Source: Utricularia gibba (lineage: Eukaryota > Plantae > Magnoliophyta). Taken from it: a stretch of 64,000 nt of DNA. Shown here in pieces: positions 25,606-38,277 of the stretch (positions are counted from its first letter, which is position 1; every line of letters begins with the position of its first letter). The stretch lies in assembly GCA_002189035.1 (NCBI GenBank), contig NEEC01000004.1, positions 3,906,001-3,970,000 on the forward strand. The letters run 5' to 3'. The position numbers and the translations under genes are program-made. The notes under the pieces were generated by a model. The model was not told where the DNA came from. It worked only from the letters and a program-made list of their open reading frames with translations, and ran no database searches.

Positions 25606-27997
25606 GAAATTTAGTTCAATTATCTATCCAGAACACATTGATGATTTGATTAAATTATGTAGAAATCATAGCTCAAATTTGAGTAAGAATAGAGGGAGGG
25701 GGAGGGATCTTCTATTTTCTTTGCTAACAAGTAAATCCAAATACCACAAGAATCATCGTCCATTAAAATAAGAAAATACTAAGAAACACATGTTACTAAT
25801 GCATGATAATGTCCCCACAAATCACAATGAACACAAATATAACTCATTGCATAGCTAAAAGAAAGTGGATTAAATTGTCTTATCAATTTGGAATAACAAC
25901 AAATATCTGAAATTGTAAAACAACATAAATCAAAGGACATAAAAAAAATAATAAAAAAGAAATTTAGAATTTCACAACCAAAGTTGCTAAGTCGTTAATT
26001 TCTCACTCGACATAAAGCTAATCTACATTGCCAGCAAGTTCACACTCAACATCAATAGATAAATGCGCATGATTCAGTAGTGAATCAAGTAAAATTTCAT
26101 GGAATATTGCAAAGGTTCATAAGGATGCTTAATATTGCGATGTTGCTCTTCTTGAATGATACAATTGTACATCTGTTTGAAGGAGTGCAATGGTTCTTCA
26201 ACCAAGATTTTTAAGCAAATACTTACAAATATCACATCATCTAGAATATTGAGAATTAATGAATCTTATTTTGCTTATTTTTTTAATTGAGGACTAAACT
26301 TATTTGACATTTGCACCCTCATACAATTACGTGTTGGCAAGTTATCAAAAAGAACATATTTATTCCAATGTTTCTTCATGTGACCAAAGTATTGCATTAC
26401 GCTTTCTCCAATACATCGTCAATTTGTGAAATCATGTTTTATTTGGTAAAGGAATAGTCCATTAATGATGCTTGATCTCTCATTCACATGTGTTAACAAA
26501 ATCCATGATAGTCAATATTAAAATAAGATCTGATTTTATTATGCTGAAAATCCATGAAACCATCATGGAATTCAACAATTTCTAATACTTTGCAGCTTAC
26601 TATCAATGGGTTTAGAAATGAATTCATCCACAAATCCAAATTTCATTTGGGCTCACAATGGTACAAGAATTGCTTGAGGCCATTCATCAAAGTTATCCCC
26701 ACTATATTTGATGGAGGTTAGTAGAGCTTTAAGATGATTGATTGGAAGAACAGTGAATGAATTCGAGGTGTAACATGAGATACTTGAATTGCCAAAGTCA
26801 AGATTTTGTGCTTGAATGGTTAAAAGGATTCTTTTTAATGGTATGAATAAATTACTTTTTAGTAATTTTGATATCATGATAAAGTATGAATCATCAAGAA
26901 TACTGATGTAGATCATAAAAATTTGTTTCACTCAATCAAGAACACCCATATTTAAAGCTTACAACCCATTCTGTTTTCATATTTTAATGACTGCAATCAA
27001 TAGATGATTCGAAGATATTGAAACCATCGATTATGATCAATATGTCAACGATGGCGGCCAATATCAATCTATCAACTATGACAGCCAATTTGGGGTGAGA
27101 TTCGGTTTGGTTATCGATTATACAGGTCTCGAGTTAGTTTTTATTTCAAAAATATTAAACTGCCAACCAAACTGAGTAATGGTTTCGGTCTTTCGGGTCA
27201 GTTTATAGTGTTTATGTTTTATACTGTAAAACCAACACAAACCGAAATTGTTTGACGGTTCAACTGTGTTGGCAGGTTAGTTTTGGTAGGCCGGATCCAA
27301 GATATATTAATCCGACATGAATATCTTAATCAAGGTGAAACAATATATATTGAGAGAATAAATTCCAAGAGTTAGAACATCTTGTAAACATTTAATAACA
27401 ATTAATTTTAACAACCACAAACCAACAAACACGTTAACAAAAAATTAGTATTAATAGTCTAGCAAAATAGCAGAAGTTTGTCATAACTGGTGTTAATAAT
27501 ATTCATGTATATTTGAGAGTGTAGGTCATAAATGAAGTACTTTCTTCTATTATAAATATATTATAAATTGCTAAGGCACAACAATTACTTATAATAATAT
27601 GTCAATAATAATTCTGATTTTTTGACATAAAATAAAATAGACTCTCATAAGTCAGAAAAATTGCATGACCATTATGTTTCATGTTTTCGTATGTTATTTC
27701 CATATTTTATAAAATTACATTCTATACTCAACTTAGTTTAAAATTTATCACTTTACACCCACAAACCCTAATTTAATCCAATTTTACAATCAATATAGTG
27801 TGTAACGTGCACACGTAAATTTTGAAATTGTATAACATATCCATTTTGTTTCACATTTTTTGCATGCTATACCCAACTTTTACAAAATTATAAATTACAG
27901 TTTACAACCACAAACCCTAATTTGATCCAATTTTACAATTAATATAGTGTGTAATATGCACCTGCCTGTTTTTGCATCATACATACCTAAACCCTAA

Positions 27998-30900
27998 GAC
28001 CGTGTTTGGTAATAAGGATAACATGGGATAAGATGGGATATCCTAATGTGCGGGATAATAATAACGTGTTTGGTAAGTAGAAGTAAATTTTTCTGAGATA
28101 CTTTTTTTCTTTCTATAAGAAATAAAATATCCCCATCAAAACCCCTCCTTAATTTTATACCTTACACATGGATAACTTTTTGATTATGAAAAGTCTAAAT
28201 TACTCATAAATACATCTACATCTTATCTTGAATTAAATTTGAGGGAAAATTATTTTTCAACCCTACGATTCTGTTTCCCCTCAACTTGCGAATTTCTTCC
28301 TCCATCTATAGATTTTTTTCCTCAACCTGTGAATATTTTCTATACCAACTTGCAAAATTTGGATCGTAGATCCATTGTTGGGTCTCAAATTCATGTAATT
28401 GAGGTCCATGTTTTGACTGTTCGGCGACACAACAAAGTATTCATTCGGTGTCCCACCCATTTGGAGACATCAAAATCGAAGGTCAGTAGCCAAGATGAAT
28501 AAATAATTTCTTTAATAATGCAAACATATTCATTTTGTATTTTCTGATTGTTTGCTTTGTTCCTGATGTGTGTACGCATAAGCATGTAGTCTATCTTGCA
28601 TTAATTATTATATGTGATGAATTAATTGTAGGAACCCAAATTATTTTTTTGGATGGAATCAATTGATGAGAATGCTCAGTTATTGTTATTGGCATATTTT
28701 TTGAAAAGGAATTTCGAAATTGCTTATATTATTGTGTTTATTGTGCTGCTCCGACTATGTTCTCATGGTTCAAGACAGCAATGCCGATACTCATATACAT
28801 CGAAAATGCCAAGACAAATTAAACATCTCCATGAATTAGTTAGCAACATGAACAACACAGCTTTGGAGGAATTGAGGATGAATCGAGATGTCTTTGGACG
28901 ATTGTGTTGTCTACTTCATGATTATGCAGGGCTTCGTGACTCAAAGTATGTAACTATCAGTGAGAAAGTTTGTATTTTCTTAGGTATTTTACCCCATCAT
29001 AAGAAGATGCGAGTTCAAAAGTCATCCTTCAAAACATCGACTTGGACAATTAGCTGTCACTTCAAGGCCGTTCTTGCAGTTGTTTTATGCCTGCATGATA
29101 AGCTGTTAGTTAAGGGTGAATCTGTTACTACAATTATGTGGAATGAGTATATGAATAGATAATCATTCGTTTTTTGTGTTTCTGTTAACTATCATATCCA
29201 AGATTGAACATTTGTTATTTTTAAACATGATAGAACATGTCGTTGCACAGTGAACTTAAGATTATTATCAGCATTTTTATAAATCATATTTATTTCTAAG
29301 CACGCGAGAACATGCGAGATGCAACAATTAAAAAAATATTTTTATAATCATATGACATATGTTTACTAAAAATATAAATAATTTAAATATGTTATTTATT
29401 AGACCATATGATAAATATGAAAGTTTCTTAGTTTTTAATTTTATTAACATTCGATCCTTGGTTATACTTTGGACGACACCTTCAAAATAATGCATTGTGT
29501 GGGTGTCTGGGAAGAGTGGGTAAGACCATTTCCAGGCACCCACTTCCTTCATGTGGGTTCCTCGGGAGAGTGTCAGGAAAGAAAGTTTGACGGTACCTAC
29601 AAAATAATGCATTGTGTGAGTGTCTATGATGAGTGGGTAAGATCATTTCCAGACACACACTTCTCTGATATGGATGTTTGGAAAGGAGTATTTGTGATAG
29701 TTTTCCAGACATCCACTTCTCTCATGTGGGTGTCTCGGGAGGGTGTTTGTGAGTCTGCAACCAAATTCCAGGCACCCACTTTAAAAAAGGTGGGCGCCTG
29801 GAACCAGATATATCCAAATGTTTCGGTACGAACCATAGTTCCGGTTCGAACCGAACCCACCTCTACCCATGTGTATCCTGTATTAATACTACCTATGAAA
29901 TAAGTAATTTGGTAGAAATCAAACACACGGACATAGGTTATGCATAAACCACGTCTGTGTGTATCACACATTAATGGCACCTACGAAATAAGTAATGTGG
30001 TAGGAGTCCAACACATTTGTGTATTGGATTCTTACCAAATTACTTATTTCGTAGGTAGCGCTAATATAAAATAATTTAATACATGAATTTAAATACATAA
30101 ATCAAAGTTTATGTTAAACATTGTTTTTTATTGTAAAACAGATTAATAAAACAAAAATTGATATTAAAAAATTCCAATTTATGTAATTATTCGAGAATGA
30201 AATATATGCTGTATATTATTCACATAAAAATAAATCATTAAATTTTGATGCAGACATATATTAGGTTCACTTGTTTCTTGAACTATAATTCAATAGATTT
30301 ATATGGTAAAATAGAATAACAAAAATTTAGAAAATATGATAACATCCAGCTCATTATTCTTCGGGTGATGTTATGCTGCAAGTGTGGTCAACTTTTATGA
30401 ATTTTCATGCGAACCTGTTATTATGTTTTAGTTTTAGGAGTCAAGGTGTTTGTGAACTGAATAAGACAAAAAGATAATGGATGATACACCACTTGAACCA
30501 GGGGAAGTTGTTATCTACATGGACAGCTCTATATATATATTTTTTGGAGCTCAAAACTATGATGTTTCAAAACTATATAATGTCTATGGTGCATGTAAGA
30601 ACCTTTCCGTGGTCTTGAAGAGCACCAACGGATGATGCTGCCCAAAAAAATATTGCACCATTGATAAAACCTATTCTCTGACAAGTTGTTGGACCAATGC
30701 TCTGCGCTCATCATCTGAGAGGCACAAAAACAATTGCACATCCGTAGGCGTCTTCAACACAAGCTGAACATAAGAAAACTGATTTAATTATCTGTCAATA
30801 GAGATATTAAAAATGATGAGAGTTGTGAAAGACTATACCTGAGACACATGCACAATCTGAATGGATGTCAGTAACATGTCCATTTTACGATGGATATAGC

Positions 30901-32146
30901 CTCATTTTGTTGCTTTAATTGAGCATCAACAGGTGCCATCAATTTTTGTTGTATAAGTTCAGTGATAGCATCTGATCCTTTACGCATTGCTTTTAATTCT
31001 CCAATAAGTTCTCCAATAACTTCATCCTCTCTTTGTCTCTTGTTAAATTTCCTCTTGTGTGACCCTACATTGTTCTCAGCAGCATCACCATTAAGAGCAG
31101 ATGATTCGGCTTCTGAAATTGGCACAACAGCTGGTATTTGAGTTGTTGGTGATTCTGGTTCATTGTTCATATTGACATGATAGTTATTGCCTTCGACTTC
31201 AGTGGATGCACGGTTGGCAGCTTCCTCATGAGCAACTTCATCTTTCCCGGTAGCACGATCTGTTCCAAAAATCTCTACCCAATCTTCATAAAAGGTCATA
31301 CCTTATTTCTTAAGCCTTTCAGTCCCTTGATGGTTCCCTAAAAAAAAAAAAAAATCAACTCTCGTGATAGCTTTTCTCACACACAACAAGTAACATATAA
31401 AAAAATGTAAGAACTCCCATAAAATGGATTCTAAAACAATTACAAAAACCATATGATTAAACTAATTCATATCAGTAACGATTCCCAAATAATTAGCATA
31501 ATGAATTCTTAATAGTCACAAACTAATAAAAGTAGGAACTTTCCTAGAAAATACCAATTCATCCCATATCTCGTCTGGTATTTCTAATATCCTTGTGCTA
31601 TTCCACCATGTTCCCGATCGAGAAAGAATGTCCATGATCATGTAGTATTCCTTTTTCCAGATCTTGATTTTCGAAGAAATGTGTGGAATAGCTGTCAAAG
31701 TTGAAGTGGGTTTGCGTTTCTTCATGATCTTCTCAAGAGCAACATAATACCCATTTCTAAAACCATTTTCACTCTTCCACCCACTGTCAATAATATCTTT
31801 GAAAGCGATAACAAGAAGACGTTCTTCTTCAACGCTCCACCCACATTTCGATTTCGATTGACCATTGTTGTTCTCTGTGTGGGACGTGCTCATTTCGCAC
31901 AGAAAATTGGAGAATGATCGAAAAGCCGAAGCCAAGAACCCTACCCAGATAAAAAAAATGTAGAAGGGTAAAAATGTCTTTGTTCAAAATCTGTAAAAAG
32001 TAATCTAATATATGTCTACCAAACAAGTTATAGTATATCTTATTCCAACTCATAAATTCCATACTACCAAACATAATGTGTACTTATAAGAGGGATATCT
32101 ATTATAAATTATACCAGTATTACTAAAACTACTAGCAAACACGGCC
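27998..32146. mobile_element. PIF/Harbinger element nested in the MULE: transposase N-terminus 28653-29162 (+, internally deleted), Myb/SANT ORF remnant 31935-30868 (-)
   Basis: TAA at 27995-27997 and 32147-32149. TIRs GACCGTGTTTGGTA and (rc) GGCCGTGTTTGCTA. Motifs ELRMNRDVFGRLC..TISCHF and WSVEEERLL..GWKSENGFRNGY..FYEDWVEIFGTDRATG. Convergent two-ORF layout. Confidence 0.85.
29881..30066. mobile_element. Small foldback/MITE-like element with an internal near-perfect hairpin at 29980-30055
   Basis: Three copies of CTACCTAYGAAATAAGTAATKTGGTA: two direct (29889, 29979) and one inverted (ending 30058). The 32-bp stem has few mismatches. Confidence 0.6.
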
Positions 32147-35100
32147 TAAACTTTTTTCGCATACCAAAATTCTTTATCATACAACCAAAATAAAATACCA
32201 ACATTTTTTTAAACAAGAGTTTACAAAATAAAAATAACAAGATAATTTCAGTGCATCAATTCAACCAAATTCTTTCCAACTCCAATCTCATGTGCGAAGT
32301 TTTCAATTTCTTGTATTTGAAACAAGTCCTTTTGCATCTAAAAGAGATAATAATGAATATCTTCATGTCTCGTCAGAATATGTGTTCTACTAACATCCAA
32401 ACATATTAACATAAACAAATAATAAAAATTTTTATGAAAATATCTAAAAATATCTGGATGTTTGTAATACATCATGCATTAATGATGTATTTTTATGATT
32501 TGATTTTACTTTACATGTCCTCTTATTGTGTCTCGGTTTCTTGCACATTTTGCATAAGATTGATCTTGTTTCATGAATCAGTTTAGTTTTTCTTCTCCCC
32601 AAACCTCCACGTGGCTCATCAGGTACGCTTTTCTTATATTTTAGTGGCCTACCAACTTTTTTTTAGTTGAAGGAGCTTCAAGTTGTTCTTTGTCAACAAG
32701 TGGCCAAAATTCAGAAGAACTTAAATTGATTGGATGCCCACATATTCAATAAGCTGCCATGAACCACCAGTACTTGGCCGAACAACTCATATTTTCCATG
32801 GACAACCTTCATGAGAACATCTTGAACAATAATATAAAATGAATGCAGCCCACATAAAATTAAAAAAAAAACAACACAATAATTCAATTCAATATGCAAT
32901 TGGAGTGTCAAATCAAATGAAATTCAAGGAAAAAAGCAGTGCACGTGACACCCAAACAGTTCATGTTTAATCGATGCAACCCATACCAAATTAAAGAGTG
33001 GAAAATAGATATTCATTATTGAATGACTAATCTCAAACCAAATGTGGGGTACTGATGTATAATGACAACAATTGTAGCTTCAAATGATGAACGATGACTC
33101 TTTCGAAGAAATTATAAACCACACCCAATATGTTAAATGTTTATTACGCCAGAAATTGGGGGCACATAATAAACACGAAGCGCGTATAGATATGAGGTGA
33201 TAAATTTTAAACTAAGTTGGATATAAAATGTAATTTTGTAACATATTGTTATAACATGCAAAAACATGAAACATAATGGATACGTTATGCAATTTTCCCC
33301 TCATGAGTCATAGTAATGATATACAATAACTCCCCTCTTGCTACTAAAGATTTTGATTTTCTACTCACGACGCCAAGTAGTCGTATTTTCAACAATCCAC
33401 AACTAATAAAAGCAATTTATGAAAATGAAAACATAACAATCTCTAAGCATTTCACATCTCTAGATTCTAATTTTATTTTATCATTCTTATTTTAAACAAT
33501 ACCTCTACAATCTACATCATGCCAAGAAGAAAACCTAAGTTTCAAAACATAAAAAATTAGAAAAACCTTAGATGGCATAGTGATTAATGAATACCTGGGT
33601 AATCTTGACACTTTAGTAGGGTGAGTGATTGGAGACAATTTGGATTTATAAAACCATTTCAACCCACGATTCTCTAATCCTGTGCCTGTCATAAGAAAAG
33701 AAGAGGCGTCGTTACGTGACACTGACTAGGGAATAAGAATGTAATGCCAAAAATTTCTTTCAAAGCTTTAAAATAATTAATAAACTCTAAATCCATAACA
33801 ATTATTTGGTTATTTAAGGCCCAACTATAGTAATAATCCTAAATTAAATCCCATTGACAACCCGAAAATCGATAAACCAGGAAACCCGATAACCCGAAAA
33901 AGAAAACCAGAATTTAATTTCGGGTTCGGATCAGTTTATATGGGTTGTCGGTTATCGATTGTCGGTTTTTTTTCCCACCACTATAGCCAATACTCATGAA
34001 TTCTTATTATAGTAATGAAATTGTCTTAGAATTAAAGTAATCACTTGTATTTTTATGAATTACAGAAAGAATATGTGAGTTGTATTACTCAGATTTCTTC
34101 ATCAAATCTCATATTTATGATTATTATTTGATCCACCATATCTTTTGAATTTTCTTAAGTGTTTTAAAATAAGGTCACTATCTTTGTATTCAGTTGTAAC
34201 ATATTATTATATAAAGTGAGCTTATTCAATGTGTTATTAGAGTAAAACATATCTTCTAAGGTCTTCCATAACAATTATGCAACGTCGTACTTATTAATCC
34301 TATACGACAAGCTATTTTTAATGCCTAGATTTATAATGAAAACTATCTTAAAATGCAATTTTTTTTTGAACACTCTCTTATATATGTAAACTATGTGTTC
34401 CTATTGATGGGTCCCTCCACATGAAACTCATATAATGTTTTAAAAAAAATCAATGTGATTGGTGGCTAGATTTTCGATGTTGTTTGTTGGATTATCCTCT
34501 ATGAATAGAGAATAACACTCCACCATTATGCATACTTCACCAATCATATCCTAACACCCTCAACAATCAAATATCAATCTCATTCGATCCTATTTGACTG
34601 AGTTATATAGAAACTTAAACTCAAGTGTTTTCAAGGATGGAATAGGAAAAAAAAAAGAATGAAAATACTCATTTTTCTGTTGCTTAATAGAATTTTTCAA
34701 GAAGAGAGTAAAATCTACTAATTTACTAGGTTATATCTTTTTGTATTTATTATGATAAATATTAATTTTTTAAATTGGATGTGTGTCCATTATTTTAGCG
34801 CAAATCAAGTAAGATTTTTGTGTTTTTTTTTATTTTGAGGTTGATAATAGATAGGTATCGATTACATATATCATCTAATTACCATAATTGATTTCCACAA
34901 ATCTTTTACACACTAGTGTGTACTTAATCTTTAAATGCCACAAAGAATAGTTATTGATGTTCAATTTTGGTACACCATTGAAGGATTGTGCAACAGCACA
35001 GCTTGTGATTAAGCAAGATTGCCCCTCCCAGATATGCCACTCACTCTACTAATTCTTTTTGCGCCTGGAATTGTGCTGAGTGTCTTCTGCATTGTTTTGA

Positions 35101-35671
35101 ACTGCTTATATGCAATCCTATGTAGAATATTTGATAAAAAACTAATAATAATAATACAAGGTGCACAGTGTTCAACTACCAGAAATATTGGGAAATCTAC
35201 CAAAAAGAAAATTTACCATGGTATATCAAGCAGAGCACAAAGAGTTTACTCACTCCATTGTGTGTGTATACTCCAAAAACTCAACTTCTAAGACAGAGTG
35301 CATTGGGAGGAGAAATGGTCTTGGAGCCCATAGGTCTTGTATTGTTGGGCTTTGAAAAAAAAGACATGATCCACCACCTTCGTTCCTATTTTTGCTTGTA
35401 TCGCCATTCGCCCCCCAATACTGCAATACACGAGACAGTCGGACAGGCGCACCCCACCAACCACTAATCACTCCTGTCTTCTATTGCCTGTCCTAACTTC
35501 AACTTTTTGTCCCTAAAAGTAGGCAACGTGTTCGTGTGTTTGCTCCCTCACGAGACACGCGGGGGTGTATTGGCATGTATAGAAAAGTGGATAATCAACA
35601 TGAACTATGTGAGAAAATTGATCACACGGTGGCCAGATTTATAAATGATACTCAAAAACACTTTATTTTTA

Positions 35672-36158
35672 GGAGTTTCTTAAAAAAATATCCATTCCAC
35701 ATACACAAGCTTAGAAATTTACCCAAAAACTATCCATACTTTCCTTATTTTTTTTAGTAAAATTATATAGTATACATAAACATTTGTATTTAGTTGCATT
35801 TTAATTGCCTTAATGATTCATTTATATTTTTAAATTACGATATGATAAAATAATTGTAATTCAATTTATTTTCTTATTGATTATATAAACTTATATTAAA
35901 TATATTTAAAACATATATATAATTTAAAATTATGTTTCTTATAATATATTAAACTAGGTTGAAGTAAAAAAATCCTAAACTAATAGTCATGAAACTTCAT
36001 TTTTATTTTAGTTTTATTTTGATCATTTTCATAAAAATAAAGAATGATAGGTATTTTTCTAAGTGTAGTGATGAAATGCGCACTTTTCTAAATATAATTA
36101 CAAGATGAGTAGATTTCTAAATTTGATTTTATGCAGTGGGTATCTTTCTAAATAACCC
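35672..36158. mobile_element. Mutator-type MITE candidate
   Basis: Degenerate long inverted ends (GGAGTTTCTTAAAAAAATATCCA / rc GGGTTATTTAGAAAGATACCCA). Flanks TTATTTTTA / ATATTTTCA match at 7 of 9. Confidence 0.4.
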
Positions 36159-36685
36159 ATATTTTCAGAGTCATCTTAATGCAAAATACACATTTTTTTT
36201 AATAAAAAAGAGGATAGATATTTTTCTAGTCAATTCTTCTAGGTGATTATTATTCTATGTGGACAAATGCATAGGGAGTCAATTTTTGAATAAAAAAAAA
36301 GAGGATGAATAATATTTTTAAGTGATAATTATTTTATGATTTCGGGATTAGAATGTGTTTGATAGATGGATCTAGATATATGTCATATATATAATGAAAA
36401 GATATTTGAATTGTGATTTGAAATGATTAGTTTTATATTTATTTAAAAGTGAATAAAATTATATATATAGTTTTAATTTATCTTAAATTGATTTTAAATT
36501 AAAGTAATTAGTTTAATTTAAAAATTATTAGAAAAGGTAGATGTTAAATAAAACATACTTTAAAACCAACTAACACACAATACCTAACGCTGTTAAAACA
36601 ACTCCATTAACAAATTTGGCATTCTAAACAATAACAATCGATGTCGTTAAAAAGGCAGTTTGGGAACCAACAAATCCTGCTTCGC

Positions 36686-36892
36686 CACGTGTGTGTGCGG
36701 ACACATGGGCCCTCTGTGTCCACCCAAGTCCCTACACCTTCCCCACACACGAAGCTGCTGTTTCACGTGAAAAAATCAATAGTAACGCCCGTGTGTGCAC
36801 TAAGGTACAACGCAGGCTTCGGAAGGTACAATGCGCACTTCGTGTTACCGCGAGATAGCGACGGCAGATGACGGCGTCACCGTCTCTATAAG
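36686..36892 (+). promoter_or_regulatory. Putative core promoter of the BRX-like gene: G-boxes at 36686 and 36764, TATA-like CTATAAG at 36886
   Basis: CACGTG twice and TATAAG, followed by a pyrimidine-rich leader-like sequence and a splice donor near 37346. Confidence 0.45.
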
Positions 36893-38277
36893 TTCCCACG
36901 GCGTGAGGCTCGGGTGCGTCTCCAGTTTCCATTTTCACGCCACAAAACGAAGCGACATTTCACCTCACCCGGATTCATCTGTTTCCCCGATGTGGACGCT
37001 CTGAGATTCTGGTTTCGTTTTGTTATGTTGCTCCTATCTCTTTGTGACATCCGACCACTGTTTGTTTCTTTTTCAACGCTGGACAAGCCTCCTGGGTTTT
37101 CTCTACACACCTGCAGGAGGATTGGAATGTTTTCTTTTCTCGACCTCTGAGTGGGTCTTCGTCCTTCGACGGACCGGCTTCTGTTCTTCTTTTTTTTTCA
37201 AATAATTTCCCGTTTCATGTTCCTTTTTTCTTCTGTCCAAAGCTGTAAACGTTGGAGCGAGAGAGATTGAGGATTCTGATAAAGAACCATTTAGACTAAA
37301 AGCTTCTTACCACATTTCCGTTTCAGCAGTATTTTCATCCTTGAGGTGCGTATCTGTATTTGTGTGAACTTGTGCGCAGGGGTATGATTGTTGGGCTTTT
37401 TTCTGTTGCCGGAATCCTTGTACTAATTTCCCTGTGTTGAAAATTGTTCAGAGAGTACAGTTGGTGAAGGGGGAGGAGGAGGAAGATACGGCGTGTTCAG
37501 TTAAGGTGAGTCACAATCAACTCGAGTTAATGTTTGCACGGATTCTTGAACATCTGTTGAGAGATACTGCTCGCTTTCATTGTTGCTGTGCCTGCATTCA
37601 TTGCTCCTGCTCTTTCTCTTCAAGTTTTTTCAGATTCCATCAGTCACTCTTGTGATTGTCTGGCTTTGGACATCTCAGCCGAGAAATATCCATACTTATT
37701 ATTTCATTGTGTGGAGGAAGCACAGCCGCAGGCAACCCACTTTCCCATTTTTGCATTCCTTATGCATGCATCAACTACTCTTATTCTCTCGCTTCTTAAA
37801 TCCCTGCTTCAGCTGATTCCTAACCCGTTTCCCTCTTCGTCTTTTTATTAATTGCACTCTCATCTGGTTGTTGTTTGGTTACCGGGAGAATGGTTTTTAT
37901 TGAATAAGCAAAACAAAGATTCCTCATTACTAGCCTCCGTGGAGTTCATTATCTCTGCATTTATTATGCTTCTTAATTCACTGTAACTACCGTTCACAAC
38001 CTCAGCATTCGAATAAAGTTGTCATATGTGTTCATAAACAGAGACAGAGCAGCATAAACTGGTTTGCCATGCGGCTATCTGTCAATACATAGAGTTGTTT
38101 GAATCTTTTGTCATTGCCATCTCCCTCTTTTTCTCTTTTTTTTGTATATAATTCCCGGGAATCATCTCATTCTTACCGGCCTTAGAAGATGTGGTTTTGA
38201 AACTTCACCCAGAGTTTAGAAATCATGCGTTAGTTCATCTCAGGGGAAGGACACCAAGAGCTGAGGAATATTATAAA

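Larger units (their letters stand above)
27654..33300 (-). mobile_element. Mutator-like element (MULE) relic nested in the hAT element
   Basis: About 110-bp TIRs (27654-27760 vs 33190-33300) starting (A/G)GAAAAATTGCA. 9-bp TSD TCATAAGTC / TCATGAGTC. MuDR remnant CSHEGCPWKI*..SWQLIEYVG on the minus strand near 32730-32820. Confidence 0.8.
27090..33983. mobile_element. Non-autonomous hAT-type element inserted at the tip of the Copia 5' LTR
   Basis: 8-bp TSD CAGCCAAT (27082-27089) / TAGCCAAT (33984-33991). Ends TTGGGGTG and (rc) TAGTGGTG. Subterminal TTCGG/AACCG-rich tracts at 27100-27290 and 33860-33970. Confidence 0.7.
23080..33992 (-). mobile_element. Old Ty1/Copia LTR retrotransposon: 3' LTR 23080-23351, 5' LTR 26877-27089 plus 33992 (hAT insertion near its tip), gag about 26100-26760, RT about 23950-24710, RNase H about 23360-23800
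   Basis: Identical 5-bp TSD CTCAT at 23075-23079 and 33993-33997. The LTR copies align. PBS-like TTTGATATCA precedes 26877. Minus-strand FLHNDLDEEIYM..VCRLQKFLYELQQAP, KWAFHVKYKFDG, YSGDNFDEW, IIQEEQHRN. Confidence 0.85.

Noticed and set aside
27760-27997. AAACCCTAA copies as interstitial telomere
   Set aside because: They are isolated single motifs within a duplicated MULE subterminal segment, not a tandem telomeric tract.
35009-35757. Cluster of short ORFs in spacer DNA
   Set aside because: No family motifs or consistent splice structure, and flanked by TE debris.
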